From positions 16,261-80,260 of IMG/VR virus record IMGVR_UViG_2521172628_000001: a DNA stretch of 64,000 nucleotides. One strand, written 5' to 3'. Positions 18,995-28,508 of this stretch are shown piece after piece. The stretch is from a virus. Its lineage: Duplodnaviria > Caudoviricetes. The notes under the pieces are model-generated. The model ran no database searches. It was given only the letters and a program-made list of their open reading frames with translations, and was not told the origin of the DNA. How positions within the stretch are numbered: position 1 is the first letter of the stretch; each line of letters begins with the position of its first letter. The translations under genes and the position numbers were made by a program.

Positions 18995-20008
18995 TTACAC
19001 GGCGGCTGGGAAGCGGCCAGTGCGGAGGGCCCTGCGGGCTCGGGCCTCGACTGCGGGCAGCAGGTCGGGTTCGATGCGCAGGAGTTCACGGGCGGCACGC
19101 AGGCGTGCGGCCCTGGGTTCGGAGGGGCGGGCGCGCCCGTAGGCGATGTTGCGGTGCGCCTCACGCTGCAGCGCCAGAGGGAACGGGATGCCGCGGGCAG
19201 TCCACGTCTCGGACCAGGGGACGGTGCGGCAGCGGCAGTTGCCATGCAGGGGCGGCCCGTCGACCGCGGGCATTCCGATGCGGCGCTGGCGGGGATCCCA
19301 CGACAGGCCGCCCGGAAACGGTTCGCCGACGGCGGCAGTGCGGCCGGTGTAGGCGAGGCAGCGCACGCAGGCGTCCGCTTCCGACACCCACAGCCGCATC
19401 GCCTTCACGGCCCTCGTCACCGTGTCCAGGCCCTCGTTGACGGCGGCGCCTGTCGTCCAGGCGACGTGCGTGCGCACGGCCGAAACAGCACCCTGCGCGG
19501 CGCTGAGGGCGGCCGACAGGTCCACCCACTGCGTGATGCGGGGTGCCCGGAGTAGCAGCAGGGCCCGGTCGCGGCGCTCGGCCAGGATGGAGGTGAGGCG
19601 GCGGGCCTCGTCGCGCAGCTCGCGGCCCGGCACCAGGCGCGGCACCGGACGGCGCCGCCCGGATGCCGCACGCGCGAACTCGATGCCCTGCCGGGCCCCC
19701 AGCGTCAGAGCCTCCCCCAGGGCGCTCTCCAGGATGAACGCCGCGCGCGGGGCGAGCGCGTCGAGGATGCGCAGGACAGCCTCGCGGGCGGCGGCCAGGA
19801 TGCGTCGCAGGACGTCGCCGGGCGTGGCGGCCTGTCCGGGGCCGCCGAAGGCGCGGGTCCAGGCGGCCAGGGTGCGCCGGGCGAGTTCTGCGAGCTGGCT
19901 GTCGCTGTCGCCGACGATGTCGTCGGTGATGCGCTTCTCCAGGTCGACGACCTGGGCGAGATGGTCTTCCTGGGTCAGGCGGAAGAGGTCGCTGCTGCGG
20001 TAGGCCAC
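18995..20008 (-). CDS. MuF-like minor head protein
   Basis: DACVRCLAY...PPLHGNCRC motif; follows portal. Confidence 0.75.
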   Translation of the reverse strand: MAYRSSDLFRLTQEDHLAQVVDLEKRITDDIVGDSDSQLAELARRTLAAWTRAFGGPGQAATPGDVLRRILAAAREAVLRILDALAPRAAFILESALGEALTLGARQGIEFARAASGRRRPVPRLVPGRELRDEARRLTSILAERRDRALLLLRAPRITQWVDLSAALSAAQGAVSAVRTHVAWTTGAAVNEGLDTVTRAVKAMRLWVSEADACVRCLAYTGRTAAVGEPFPGGLSWDPRQRRIGMPAVDGPPLHGNCRCRTVPWSETWTARGIPFPLALQREAHRNIAYGRARPSEPRAARLRAARELLRIEPDLLPAVEARARRALRTGRFPAAV

Positions 20009-21573
20009 TATTCCTCCTCCTGCGCCCCGGCGAGGACTTCGAGGTCGGAGAGGGCACCGGACAGGAGTGCTTTGGCCTGGTCTTCGGTGATGGCGCCGAG
20101 AGCGGAGGCGGCGGCAATCTTCTGTGCGGAGTCGGCGAGGGAGGCGAGGATGTCGACGCGGCGCTGCAGTTCCGCGTCGTCGACGCCGGCGAGCCACTTG
20201 TCAACCTGCTCGGCCCGGTAGCCGGCTTCCATGAGGGCCTGCTTGCGCGGCACCCCGGCCTCGATCTTCGCTTTGACGGTCTGCCAGCCCTGGGTGTCGG
20301 TGACGGACTTGGCGGGCACCCAGCCGACGGTGATGACGGGGTTGTCGATGCCGAGGCGGCGCAGCGCGAACGTGAACGCGGCATGGAGGCTCGCGCCGTA
20401 GGAGGTCTGCCGGTTTTCGACCTTGGCGATGAACGGTCCGTCTTCTTCGCGGTAGGACTCGCCGGAGCGCTGGTTGGACTGGGGGTCGAACATGCGCAGC
20501 GGGGTGTCGGTGATCTGCGCCATGGCCCGCACGTTGAACAGGATCGGGTCGAGGAACACGTCGGGTTTGGCGGCGTCGAACTGGCCGACGGCCTTGTAGC
20601 CGCGCAGGAGCCACAGTTCGCCGGGGCCGGCTTTCAGGCTGCTGTCGTCGCCGGTGTCGGTGGGGCCGAGACCGTTGGTGTCTTCGGGCCAGTCGTCGTC
20701 GTCCCAGTCGCCGGGTTCCAGGTCGGAGGTGTCGGTGGTGGCGGCGTCGGTGAGCGCGTACCGCTGCGGGGCACCCTGGTAGTCGACGGTTCCCATGTGG
20801 GTGGCCTGCAGTTTGGTGATGGCGTTCTGCGGGCCGTAGGCGCCGTAGTGCTCGGGTATGCCGTAGGGCCGGTCGGTACGGAAGTGGAAGACGGGCTGCT
20901 CGTTCCAGTCGTGCTCAATGATCCACGACTCGGCATCTACCTCCGGCTCGGCACCCTCCTCACCGTCCGGTGGTGGCGCAACGGTGACAGTCCACGGCTT
21001 CCAGTCGTTGGGCTCAGTCCCAGTGGAGTTCTCGCCGGTGGTCCAGCGTTCGATGTGATCGTCGTACAGCAACTCGGCCCGCAGATAGGCACCTTCGCAC
21101 CAGCGCTTTATGGTGAACGCCTTACGGCGCGGGTTCTCCTCGTCGTAGATGACGCGGACGGTCTGCGGAGAGTTGTAGAACATCTCGACCCGCTGCACGT
21201 GGCCGTTGTCGTCCTCGACGGGCAGCACCATCAGGTAGGCGTCGCCGAACTCGCCGGCCCGGCGGAACAGGTCGGGCATCTCCAGGTTGAGCTGATTGTC
21301 CTGCCAGATCTTGGAGATCAGTTCGCTGGTGGCCGGGTCGGGGCTGGTGACGGAGGCGACCTTCAGCCGGTTGGTGACCGCGTTGACGGGGGTCTTGGCG
21401 AAGTTGAGGTCGAACTCGATGTCGTGGGCGCGGAGGGCGGCGCGGATGCGGCTGGAGGAGAAGACCTCGGGGGCGTCGCCCTTGTAGTAGGTGGCGGCTT
21501 TGTCGTATCCGGGGCGCGCCGCGGCGAGCTCCTCGATGCCGTGCATCAGGTCCTCAAGGCTCACACCCACCAC
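20008..21573 (-). CDS. Portal protein (SPP1 gp6-like)
   Basis: YYKGD, NFAKTPVNAVTNRL, FGDAYLMV, PQRY; follows TerL. Confidence 0.9.
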   Translation of the reverse strand: MVGVSLEDLMHGIEELAAARPGYDKAATYYKGDAPEVFSSSRIRAALRAHDIEFDLNFAKTPVNAVTNRLKVASVTSPDPATSELISKIWQDNQLNLEMPDLFRRAGEFGDAYLMVLPVEDDNGHVQRVEMFYNSPQTVRVIYDEENPRRKAFTIKRWCEGAYLRAELLYDDHIERWTTGENSTGTEPNDWKPWTVTVAPPPDGEEGAEPEVDAESWIIEHDWNEQPVFHFRTDRPYGIPEHYGAYGPQNAITKLQATHMGTVDYQGAPQRYALTDAATTDTSDLEPGDWDDDDWPEDTNGLGPTDTGDDSSLKAGPGELWLLRGYKAVGQFDAAKPDVFLDPILFNVRAMAQITDTPLRMFDPQSNQRSGESYREEDGPFIAKVENRQTSYGASLHAAFTFALRRLGIDNPVITVGWVPAKSVTDTQGWQTVKAKIEAGVPRKQALMEAGYRAEQVDKWLAGVDDAELQRRVDILASLADSAQKIAAASALGAITEDQAKALLSGALSDLEVLAGAQEEE

Positions 21574-21609
21574 CCTTCATCAAGGTGATGATAACTGATC
21601 ACCTTTGAA

Positions 21610-24183
21610 TCAAAGGTAACTGCCGCTCGATGCCTGCGGAATCCTCCTCGGCTGGTTCGGGATGAAGCGGCGCACCGCCGACCCCACACAGTCGACCAGG
21701 TCGTCATTCGGGGCCTTCGGGAAGGCGCACATCTGCTCCTCCAGCTCCCGCAGTCGCCGGGCGTGAATCACCCGGCCGCGCTGGTAATGGTTCAAGACCC
21801 CTTCGGCCCGGGTGAACTTCGGTTCCGTCTGCGACACCGTCTTCACCTTCACCGGCATGTCGTGCAGGATCGCCTTCCACGTGTCGTGACCTTGGTTCAC
21901 CTCGATCAGGATCAGGCCGATCTGCGGGAACTCGTCCAGAAGCGCCAGCACCTTCTCCCGCAGCAACGGTCCCGGCTGGATCTTCACCGCGGTCGCCGCG
22001 TGCACCGTGCACCGCTGATGCCGCGCCGACCACGACACCACACCCAGGCCCGTGAAGTCGGAGGACTTCTTCGCCGTCACCGCCGGGTCGATCGACAGCA
22101 TCATGTGCGTCACCGGGTCCGGCCCGGCCTCGTCCGGGTAGCGGAAGTCGTCCGGCGTCCACAGATCCCCGTCGGCACCCATCGGATCGTTGGCCATGTT
22201 TTTGGCAAAACTGCGCGTCGCCTCTATGGCCTTCATGTACGAAATGGGCCATTTTGCGGGCCATACGCTGCGCTCAGAACCGTCGTCTCGCTTCACTATC
22301 GGCGGCGTGTAGTGGGCACTGAATCCTTCCTCGCGGATCCAGTCGGCCGTCTCGACACCGCGAGCATGCTTGACCAGCTGGTGCACCACACTCCCCGGCA
22401 TCGTTACGGTTCCGGAAATGACGACGCGGGCGTACACGTTGAGCGGCAGGATCGAGTCCACCAGCGTGGTGCGCCGCTTGCGCGCCAGGTCGAGTGAGTA
22501 GGACGACTCGTCCGGTTCGATGTCATCGCACAGGATCAGATCCGGGCGCCGCTCCTCGACCTTCATGCCGAGGTTGGAGGAGTCGATGCCGCGGGCCGCG
22601 AACACGAAGCCGCTGCGGGCGATGAACATCGACTGGGTGTCGGCCACATTCCCGCCGGACGGCCGCTTGGCCGGCGAGCACAGGTCGGGGTAGTCGTGGC
22701 GCAGGAGTGCGTTGCCATCCAACTCCCGCTTAAAGGTGCTGAGATGCGTTTCCGCCTGCGTTGCCGACGAGGCAAAGGCGGCAGCAAAACGGACGTGACC
22801 GTGCGCGGCAGCCCACATCGGCAGGATCAGAAACCACCAGGTGGAGTTATGGGTGGGGACGAGTCCAGGTCCCGCCAAGTAGAGGTGGTCCTCGGAGTCG
22901 ATGGAGATGCAGTTCGTGGCCTGGCTCTCCACCTGTTCGACGCCAATGATGGAACGGCGGGTGGTGCGTGCCTTCGCGCGAAGGCGTTCCCGCTTCCGCT
23001 GCAAGTGGAAGACAGGCAAGTCGGTGGCGAAGCAGATGCGCCACCTACGGCCTACCGCGCGGCCGTCGAGAACCGCCTCGGACTCCTTGCTCTGCGCAGT
23101 GATGCCAAGGGAGCGGACGAGACGCAGCACTCCCTCCGCCAGGACTGGTGTCGTGGTGCAGAACTCCGCCCAGCCGTTCGTGTCGATGGTGCCGTCCGTG
23201 TCCATGAGCCCCTGGAGGAGGGCGAGGCGCTGCTCAACCGATGCGGTGAGGTACTCCTCAGGTATCAGCTTTTCGAACGTCGGCGCGTGGTTACTGGCCA
23301 CCGATTTGATCGGCATGACCTTGCGGAGCTGGGCGACCAACCCTGGCGTTCCGTACAGGTACCGAGCCGTCCGCTTGCGACACTCCTGCCCCTCGGCCTC
23401 CATCCTCTCGATGACGCCAGAGTCCGCAGAGGTGAAGGCCACACCGGTCGAGTGGCCGTCTCCGAGCCACGCACCAAGAACGTAAGGGGAGATTGGTAGA
23501 CGAGCTTCGGGATACTCCACCGCCTCGTACCGAGGGACCGAGTAGCGCGTCTCGATTCGAGATCGGCTGGAAGGGAGGCGCCAGTTCTTGGCGATCTGGC
23601 CCGTCTCTCGGACGTGGCGGGGCTTGTCGCTCCACCGATCGCGGACTTCCCACTCGTGGGCTTCGTCCGCGATCACGCTCTCTCCGCCAGAGAAGGTCAC
23701 CCTGTATGCCGGCCGGTTTTCCCAGTGCGGGGATACGGCGACAACACGGACAGGCTTACCGGAGGGTGAGAAGACCTCGTCGCCGGGCTTGATGTCTCCG
23801 TGAGCCACCCAGCCTCGATTAGCGGTGAGGACGGGCGTGTCGATGGCGAGGGCTTTCCCCATGTTCCGCGGGGCGATGTAGGCGTCCCGGTTCTTGCCCG
23901 GTTCGGTCGGCCGGCGCACCCAGGAACGGGCGGCCCGGCACCAGTCGAGGTGTGCGTCCCCGAACGTGATCTGGCCCTGCGCGTCACGGAGGTGGTGTCG
24001 TAGGTAGGTGGCAGCGAAGCACATGGGGTCGAGGCGGGAGAAGATGCGGCGGGCCTCCGATCGCACGGAGGCGTCCTCGTTGGTCAGGAGGGTGGCGTCG
24101 AAGCCGGCCAGCCAGCGTTGGAAGTCGAAGGTCTCGGCGTCGAGGCCTTCGAGGTAGCCGGGCGCGCGGACCGCGGTCGCCAT
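21610..24183 (-). CDS. terL: Terminase large subunit, intein-containing
   Basis: Walker A APRNMGK|S split by intein, Walker B LILCDD, nuclease SIDPA and NDDLVD. Confidence 0.93.
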   Translation of the reverse strand: MATAVRAPGYLEGLDAETFDFQRWLAGFDATLLTNEDASVRSEARRIFSRLDPMCFAATYLRHHLRDAQGQITFGDAHLDWCRAARSWVRRPTEPGKNRDAYIAPRNMGKALAIDTPVLTANRGWVAHGDIKPGDEVFSPSGKPVRVVAVSPHWENRPAYRVTFSGGESVIADEAHEWEVRDRWSDKPRHVRETGQIAKNWRLPSSRSRIETRYSVPRYEAVEYPEARLPISPYVLGAWLGDGHSTGVAFTSADSGVIERMEAEGQECRKRTARYLYGTPGLVAQLRKVMPIKSVASNHAPTFEKLIPEEYLTASVEQRLALLQGLMDTDGTIDTNGWAEFCTTTPVLAEGVLRLVRSLGITAQSKESEAVLDGRAVGRRWRICFATDLPVFHLQRKRERLRAKARTTRRSIIGVEQVESQATNCISIDSEDHLYLAGPGLVPTHNSTWWFLILPMWAAAHGHVRFAAAFASSATQAETHLSTFKRELDGNALLRHDYPDLCSPAKRPSGGNVADTQSMFIARSGFVFAARGIDSSNLGMKVEERRPDLILCDDIEPDESSYSLDLARKRRTTLVDSILPLNVYARVVISGTVTMPGSVVHQLVKHARGVETADWIREEGFSAHYTPPIVKRDDGSERSVWPAKWPISYMKAIEATRSFAKNMANDPMGADGDLWTPDDFRYPDEAGPDPVTHMMLSIDPAVTAKKSSDFTGLGVVSWSARHQRCTVHAATAVKIQPGPLLREKVLALLDEFPQIGLILIEVNQGHDTWKAILHDMPVKVKTVSQTEPKFTRAEGVLNHYQRGRVIHARRLRELEEQMCAFPKAPNDDLVDCVGSAVRRFIPNQPRRIPQASSGSYL
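22846..23853 (-). mobile_element. Class 3 intein (336 aa) with LAGLIDADG homing endonuclease
   Basis: Starts ALAIDTP, ends VPTHN followed by Ser; W (HEW), C (TNCISI) and T (THN) triplet; LGAWLGDG and LQGLMDTDG motifs. Confidence 0.9.
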
Positions 24184-24184
24184 G

Positions 24185-24424
24185 TCAGGCCTCGTCGACC
24201 TCGACGTCGAACTCTTCGACTTCGGTTTCGACGCGCAGCATCACCATGCCGACCGGCGGCGGGACTTGGCCGTCGGCGGGGCGGATGCGAATGGCGGCGA
24301 CGATCTCGTAGCCCTGCGCCTTGATCCGGTCGCGGAGGTGCTGGGTGAGGGCGCTGCGGTATCCGCCGTCGTGCACCAGCCAGGACGGCACGAGGGATTC
24401 GATGTAGTGGATGCTGCGGGTCAC
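24185..24424 (-). CDS. Hypothetical protein
   Basis: Coupled between TerS and TerL. Confidence 0.6.
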   Translation of the reverse strand: MTRSIHYIESLVPSWLVHDGGYRSALTQHLRDRIKAQGYEIVAAIRIRPADGQVPPPVGMVMLRVETEVEEFDVEVDEA

Positions 24425-25038
24425 GCGTCACCGCCGTCGATGATCTGCTGTTCCTCCAGCTGCATCTTCGCCTTGGCGTCGCGGACCATCTCTTGCAGTT
24501 CGACGTCCTGCTGGGTGACTTCGGTGACGGTGGCGTCGACCTTGACGGGCATGTCGAGGCCGAGGAGCCGACAGATGGAGTCGCTGACCTTGCGCCGCTG
24601 TTCTTCGATGCGGCCGAGGCGGTCGACGGCTTGGAGGATGAACGTGTCGTCCTCGACGGGCTCTTCGTCGCCGGTGTCGGAGTTGAGGGCTTTGATGACG
24701 CGCCCGTTGTTGACGGTGATGTGCTTGCGGCCCATCACCCTCCGCACAGAGTCCTCCATGTTGATGAGACGTTCGAGGGAGGCTTCAAGGCGGGCGAGCT
24801 GGATGGTGCGGTACTCCTTGACGCGGGGGTCGACGCGGCGGCCGACTTCGGCTTCGAGGAGGTCGTGGACGGTGCTGAAGGGGAGGCGTTCGCCGCCGGT
24901 GGGGCCGTCGGGTTGGGAGGTGAGGCGTTCGATGCCGCGGAGGCTGTTCCCTTGGGCGATGAGGTCGAAGACGAGGGTGGCGAGTTCGGCGCGGCGTGCT
25001 TGGTTGACGCGCCTGTAGGGTGCGGGTCCTCCTGGCAT
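24421..25038 (-). CDS. Terminase small subunit (putative)
   Basis: N-terminal HTH (GNSLRGIE), LLGLDMPVKVD; AAGGAG RBS; upstream of TerL. Confidence 0.75.
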   Translation of the reverse strand: MPGGPAPYRRVNQARRAELATLVFDLIAQGNSLRGIERLTSQPDGPTGGERLPFSTVHDLLEAEVGRRVDPRVKEYRTIQLARLEASLERLINMEDSVRRVMGRKHITVNNGRVIKALNSDTGDEEPVEDDTFILQAVDRLGRIEEQRRKVSDSICRLLGLDMPVKVDATVTEVTQQDVELQEMVRDAKAKMQLEEQQIIDGGDA

Positions 25039-25186
25039 GTCGGCCTCTCCTTCACCGTGGGCTGGCTCGAATCACATCGCCTTCGCCTTCGAATCGTAGG
25101 ACATTGTGGAGTAATCGATGTAGAGACCCTGCCGGAACGTCCACATCGGGCGCATCATTGAAGGCGGCCGAGACGAGGAGGCAGGC

Positions 25187-25384
25187 ATGGTCAGCGCTCG
25201 CGGAGGACGGTACGGATTCGTGTACCGGACGCGGCAGGACGTGTATCGCGCGCTGCGCCGCCAGGGCATGACGAAGTCGAAGGCTGCGCGCATCAGTAAC
25301 GCGGGCCGCACCTTCCCGCAGCGCAGCGCCATGGCCCGCAAGGCGGCGAAGACTCGCCAGATGCGGGGCAGGAAACGCCGCTGA
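25187..25384 (+). CDS. Small basic protein, DUF7218-like
   Basis: VYRALRRQGMTKSKAARISN motif; GGAGG RBS. Confidence 0.7.
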   Translation: MVSARGGRYGFVYRTRQDVYRALRRQGMTKSKAARISNAGRTFPQRSAMARKAAKTRQMRGRKRR

Positions 25385-25398
25385 GGAAGCGGATGACA

Positions 25399-25438
25399 GA
25401 GGCCCCGGGGCGGCTGCGGCGGCACGCTCCGGGGCCTC
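25399..25438. terminator. Bidirectional stem-loop between convergent genes
   Basis: GAGGCCCCGGGGCG / CGCTCCGGGGCCTC. Confidence 0.65.
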
Positions 25439-25444
25439 GCCGCA

Positions 25445-26062
25445 TCAGGGGCAGGTCTCTTCGTACTTGACCGCGGTGAATGTCACCGGCTGCCCGTTCA
25501 GCTTCGCTCCGGCCTTCGGGTCCTGCGTGCACACCTTCCAGTTCGACGCGACGACGATGATCCGGCCCTCGCCGCTGGCGTCCTTGACGGTGATCGAGGT
25601 GCTGGAGTCGAGGGAGGACCGGGCGGCCTTCACGGACTTGCCGGCAAAGTTGGGCATCGTGGCGCCAGCTTCGGCGGGCGCGGACTGATCCTTGGCGGGG
25701 CAGGTCTCGTCCAACTTGACGGTGCCGAAGTCGAGCTTCGCGCTGGCGTCCGCCTTGACCCCTGCTGTGGGCGTCTGTGTGCAGACTTTCCAGTCGCGGT
25801 CGAGGATCTGGTTGCGGTCGCGGCCGGAGGCGTCGTGGCTGTCGAGGTTGTAGAACCCGGCGGCTTGGGCTTCGTCTTGGGCGGATTGGAGGCCCTTGCC
25901 GACGAAGTTGGGGACGGTCTTGGTCTCGCCGGCGGTTTTGCCGCTGCTGGCCGTTGCCGTGGTTGCGTTGGTGGGGCTGCTGCTGGTCTTCTCGGTTGGG
26001 CCACAGGCGGTGAGTGCGGCGATCCCGAGGACGGCGGCGGCGGCGAGTGTGTGGTGGCGCAT
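25445..26062 (-). CDS. Lipoprotein with two PASTA domains
   Basis: Lipobox LTAC; VPNFVGKGLQSAQ and MPNFAGKSVKAAR repeats, each with WKVCTQ.P.AG. Confidence 0.85.
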   Translation of the reverse strand: MRHHTLAAAAVLGIAALTACGPTEKTSSSPTNATTATASSGKTAGETKTVPNFVGKGLQSAQDEAQAAGFYNLDSHDASGRDRNQILDRDWKVCTQTPTAGVKADASAKLDFGTVKLDETCPAKDQSAPAEAGATMPNFAGKSVKAARSSLDSSTSITVKDASGEGRIIVVASNWKVCTQDPKAGAKLNGQPVTFTAVKYEETCP

Positions 26063-26198
26063 GGGTCCCCCTGGTTGGTGCGGGTTGAGGGGGCGATCGT
26101 AGGTGCGGCGTGGGCGGGTTGGTGGCCCTGTGACGGGCCTGTGACCGGATCGGGTGGTGCACGTTGACGGCCCCACTCGGCGGGAGTGGGGCTCTGGG

Positions 26199-26435
26199 TC
26201 ACGCGGTTTCGCCGACGGCGGTCTCGCATCCGCGGCAGGCCGGGATCTTCCCGGCCCGGATCTGGCCGAGCGTGTAGGCGTCGGTCTTGTATCCGCTGTT
26301 CCCGCAGGCGGCTTGCAGCAGGTCCCACCACCGGTTGTCGACGGGGCGTTGGACGCGGTGTGTGGTGCGGCCGTTGACGAATCGCACGCCGCGGATCGGG
26401 TACTGCTCGGCGGCCGTCGGGGTGGGCGCGGTCAC
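26199..26435 (-). CDS. Hypothetical protein with Cys motifs (AACG...CRGC)
   Basis: GTGA coupling. Confidence 0.6.
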   Translation of the reverse strand: MTAPTPTAAEQYPIRGVRFVNGRTTHRVQRPVDNRWWDLLQAACGNSGYKTDAYTLGQIRAGKIPACRGCETAVGETA

Positions 26436-26665
26436 TCGCCGCCGTCCTTCTGCCACACATTCTCGTACCGCTGCCAGCGCTGGGTCTCGACGTCCCACTG
26501 CTCGACGGCGATCCGGACGACGCGGCTCATCCCGGCCTCGACGCGTTCCTTCTCGTCCTCGACTGCGCGGTAGGCGGCGGGCTTCGACCGGTGCTTGGTG
26601 TAGACGGGGGCGCCCGGCGTCGTCAGGACGAGCCGCCAGGGCTGGGAGGGCTTCTTCGCGGTCAT
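26432..26665 (-). CDS. Hypothetical protein
   Basis: GAGGAG RBS, coupled. Confidence 0.7.
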   Translation of the reverse strand: MTAKKPSQPWRLVLTTPGAPVYTKHRSKPAAYRAVEDEKERVEAGMSRVVRIAVEQWDVETQRWQRYENVWQKDGGE

Positions 26666-26668
26666 GGC

Positions 26669-26800
26669 TCACTCCTCGTCTCGGTCGTACAGGTCGTCCC
26701 AGTGCCGCCGGTCGGCCCGCCCGGCTTCAGCGGCGTCTTCCTCCCACCAGTCGGCCGGGCGGGGCTCCAGCGGGACGGCGGGGACGGTGTCGGCGGTCAT
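26669..26800 (-). CDS. 43-aa acidic peptide (MTADTVPAVP...WDDLYDRDEE)
   Basis: TGATG coupling; fills the gap exactly; absent from ORF track. Confidence 0.55.
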   Translation of the reverse strand: MTADTVPAVPLEPRPADWWEEDAAEAGRADRRHWDDLYDRDEE

Positions 26801-27141
26801 CAGCAGAACTCGCGGCGGTCGAAGCAGTGGCCGCCTGACGTGGTGTAGCGGTGCTCGTTGTCGAACCTCCAGCGGCGCCGCAGGGGAAGTCCCCGCTCGT
26901 CGGTGGTCTCGGTCATCGTCTCCCGCATCTCTTCCAGCGGGACCTCCCTGCCGTGTTCGGCGCGGATGGTCACACCGTCACGGTCGAGGAAGGCGGTCCA
27001 GTCGCCCAGAGTGGTCAGGCCCTGATCTGGGTGGGCTCGGAAGAGGAAGCGCACCCCTCCCGCCGACTGGCCGATGTGAAGGCCCTCGCCGTCGGGGCTA
27101 CCGCCCGGGAACGGGCCGAACGCGTAGTAGTTGACGGCCAT
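26800..27141 (-). CDS. Hypothetical phage protein
   Basis: MAVNYY...LHIGQSAGG..FLFRAHP. Confidence 0.7.
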   Translation of the reverse strand: MAVNYYAFGPFPGGSPDGEGLHIGQSAGGVRFLFRAHPDQGLTTLGDWTAFLDRDGVTIRAEHGREVPLEEMRETMTETTDERGLPLRRRWRFDNEHRYTTSGGHCFDRREFC

Positions 27142-27410
27142 CAGGCTTCCTTCCGTTGGAGGCCGGGCAGGTCTTCCCAGCCGTACATGCGGTGCGGGTT
27201 GTGGGCGGCCAGCTGCTTGTTGGCGCGCGCGATCGAGGCGAGCGCCCGCTGTCGCCCTTCCTCGTACCGGGGCAGCCGGCACAGGCTGAGGCTGCGGCCC
27301 GCGTCGGCCGCATCCTTCACGGCCTGGCGGATGTGGGGCGGGAGTTGCCGGGCGGACAGGTCGGCGACCGCATCCGGGACCGGGACGGGGGTGCGCGGGA
27401 AGGCGATCAC
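27141..27410 (-). CDS. Hypothetical protein
   Basis: Coupled at both ends. Confidence 0.6.
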   Translation of the reverse strand: MIAFPRTPVPVPDAVADLSARQLPPHIRQAVKDAADAGRSLSLCRLPRYEEGRQRALASIARANKQLAAHNPHRMYGWEDLPGLQRKEA

Positions 27411-27688
27411 GGCTGGGCCTCGATCTGGGTCTGCGAGATGAGTTGGTGCGGCTCCAGGGAGACCCAGTCGCATCCTCCGTGCGCGTGAACGGCACCGCTC
27501 TCCTCGTCCTGCCACGTCCGGTCGAGGTCGAACGGGATGCGCTTGGCAGCCTCAACGAACGGGCCCTTCGCGGCTTCCTTGCTGGCGTAGACGCCGAGGA
27601 CCTCGCCGCCTTCGTGGTCCTCGCCGGTGGAGAGGACCCAGACGATCGGTCCGGCCGACTGCGGCTCACGGTTAGCGATCTCCTGCAT
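27407..27688 (-). CDS. Hypothetical protein (DUF7336-like)
   Basis: VWVLSTGEDHEGGEVLGVYASKEAA; AAGGAG RBS. Confidence 0.65.
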   Translation of the reverse strand: MQEIANREPQSAGPIVWVLSTGEDHEGGEVLGVYASKEAAKGPFVEAAKRIPFDLDRTWQDEESGAVHAHGGCDWVSLEPHQLISQTQIEAQP

Positions 27689-27698
27689 GGCGAACTCC

Positions 27699-28094
27699 TT
27701 ACGCGGCGGCGGTGTAGGCGGCCTGGAAGTGGGCGGGGCTGGCGAGGAACGCGGTCCGCTTGTACGTGACGAGCCCGACATAGAGGGCAAGATCGAACGG
27801 CGAGTAGACGAACGCGCGGATCCATCGCCCGGTGGTGCGGTGCTGGACCCAGCAGCGGGTGGGTTCCTGCTCGTTGGCGGCGCGGTAGGCCTTGGCGACG
27901 TGCTTGCCGTAGTGCGACTGGTAGCCGTCGCGGAGGTCTCCGGCGCCGAGCCGGTCGAGGATGTCGCCGGTGCGGACGAGGGTCCCGGCTTCGAGCTGCC
28001 GGATGACGTCGCCGCTGATGGCCCGGTACTGGAGGGGCTTGGAGACGGCCTGTGCGGCGGCGTGGACTCGGCGGAGCTGGGCGGCGGCATTCAT
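27699..28094 (-). CDS. Hypothetical protein
   Basis: GAGGGG RBS; first gene of a minus-strand block. Confidence 0.65.
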   Translation of the reverse strand: MNAAAQLRRVHAAAQAVSKPLQYRAISGDVIRQLEAGTLVRTGDILDRLGAGDLRDGYQSHYGKHVAKAYRAANEQEPTRCWVQHRTTGRWIRAFVYSPFDLALYVGLVTYKRTAFLASPAHFQAAYTAAA

Positions 28095-28220
28095 GCGGGT
28101 CCCCCTCGGTGCTGCGTGATCACATAGCAAGTGACTAGCGATCACTAGTTGCGCTGTTGCTGACTCAGACACTACGCCTGAGGCATCGCCACCGCAACCC
28201 GCTTGCGATACATTGATGCC

Positions 28221-28508
28221 ATGACGTCGACCCCGCCCACCGAGCCGCCCTCCCTGGAGGACATCGCGGCAGCCGGCAACCGCCGCCTCCGCGACGCCGA
28301 CCGCCTCAAGAAGTCCAGCGACGACCTGAGGGACCTCGTCCTAGCCGCCCTCCGCGAAGGCCACCTGAAGCCGACCGAGGTCGCGAAAGCCTCCGGCTGG
28401 ACGGGAGCCCACGTGCGCAAGATGGCCCGCGACGCAGGCATCGAGCCTGATGAGCGGTACCGCGAACGGGCCGAGCGACTCAAGAAGGCCCAAGCCGCCA
28501 CCGAGTAG
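28221..28508 (+). CDS. Small HTH regulator (probably leaderless)
   Basis: LKPTEVAKASGWTGAHVRKMAR; TACATT 6 nt before ATG. Confidence 0.75.
   Translation: MTSTPPTEPPSLEDIAAAGNRRLRDADRLKKSSDDLRDLVLAALREGHLKPTEVAKASGWTGAHVRKMARDAGIEPDERYRERAERLKKAQAATE

Noticed and set aside
17560-25110. AT-rich GAATC/AGGTGA elements at about 17570, 21590 and 25090 as a common late promoter
   Set aside because: Similarity is suggestive but spacing is inconsistent; no consensus can be defined by eye
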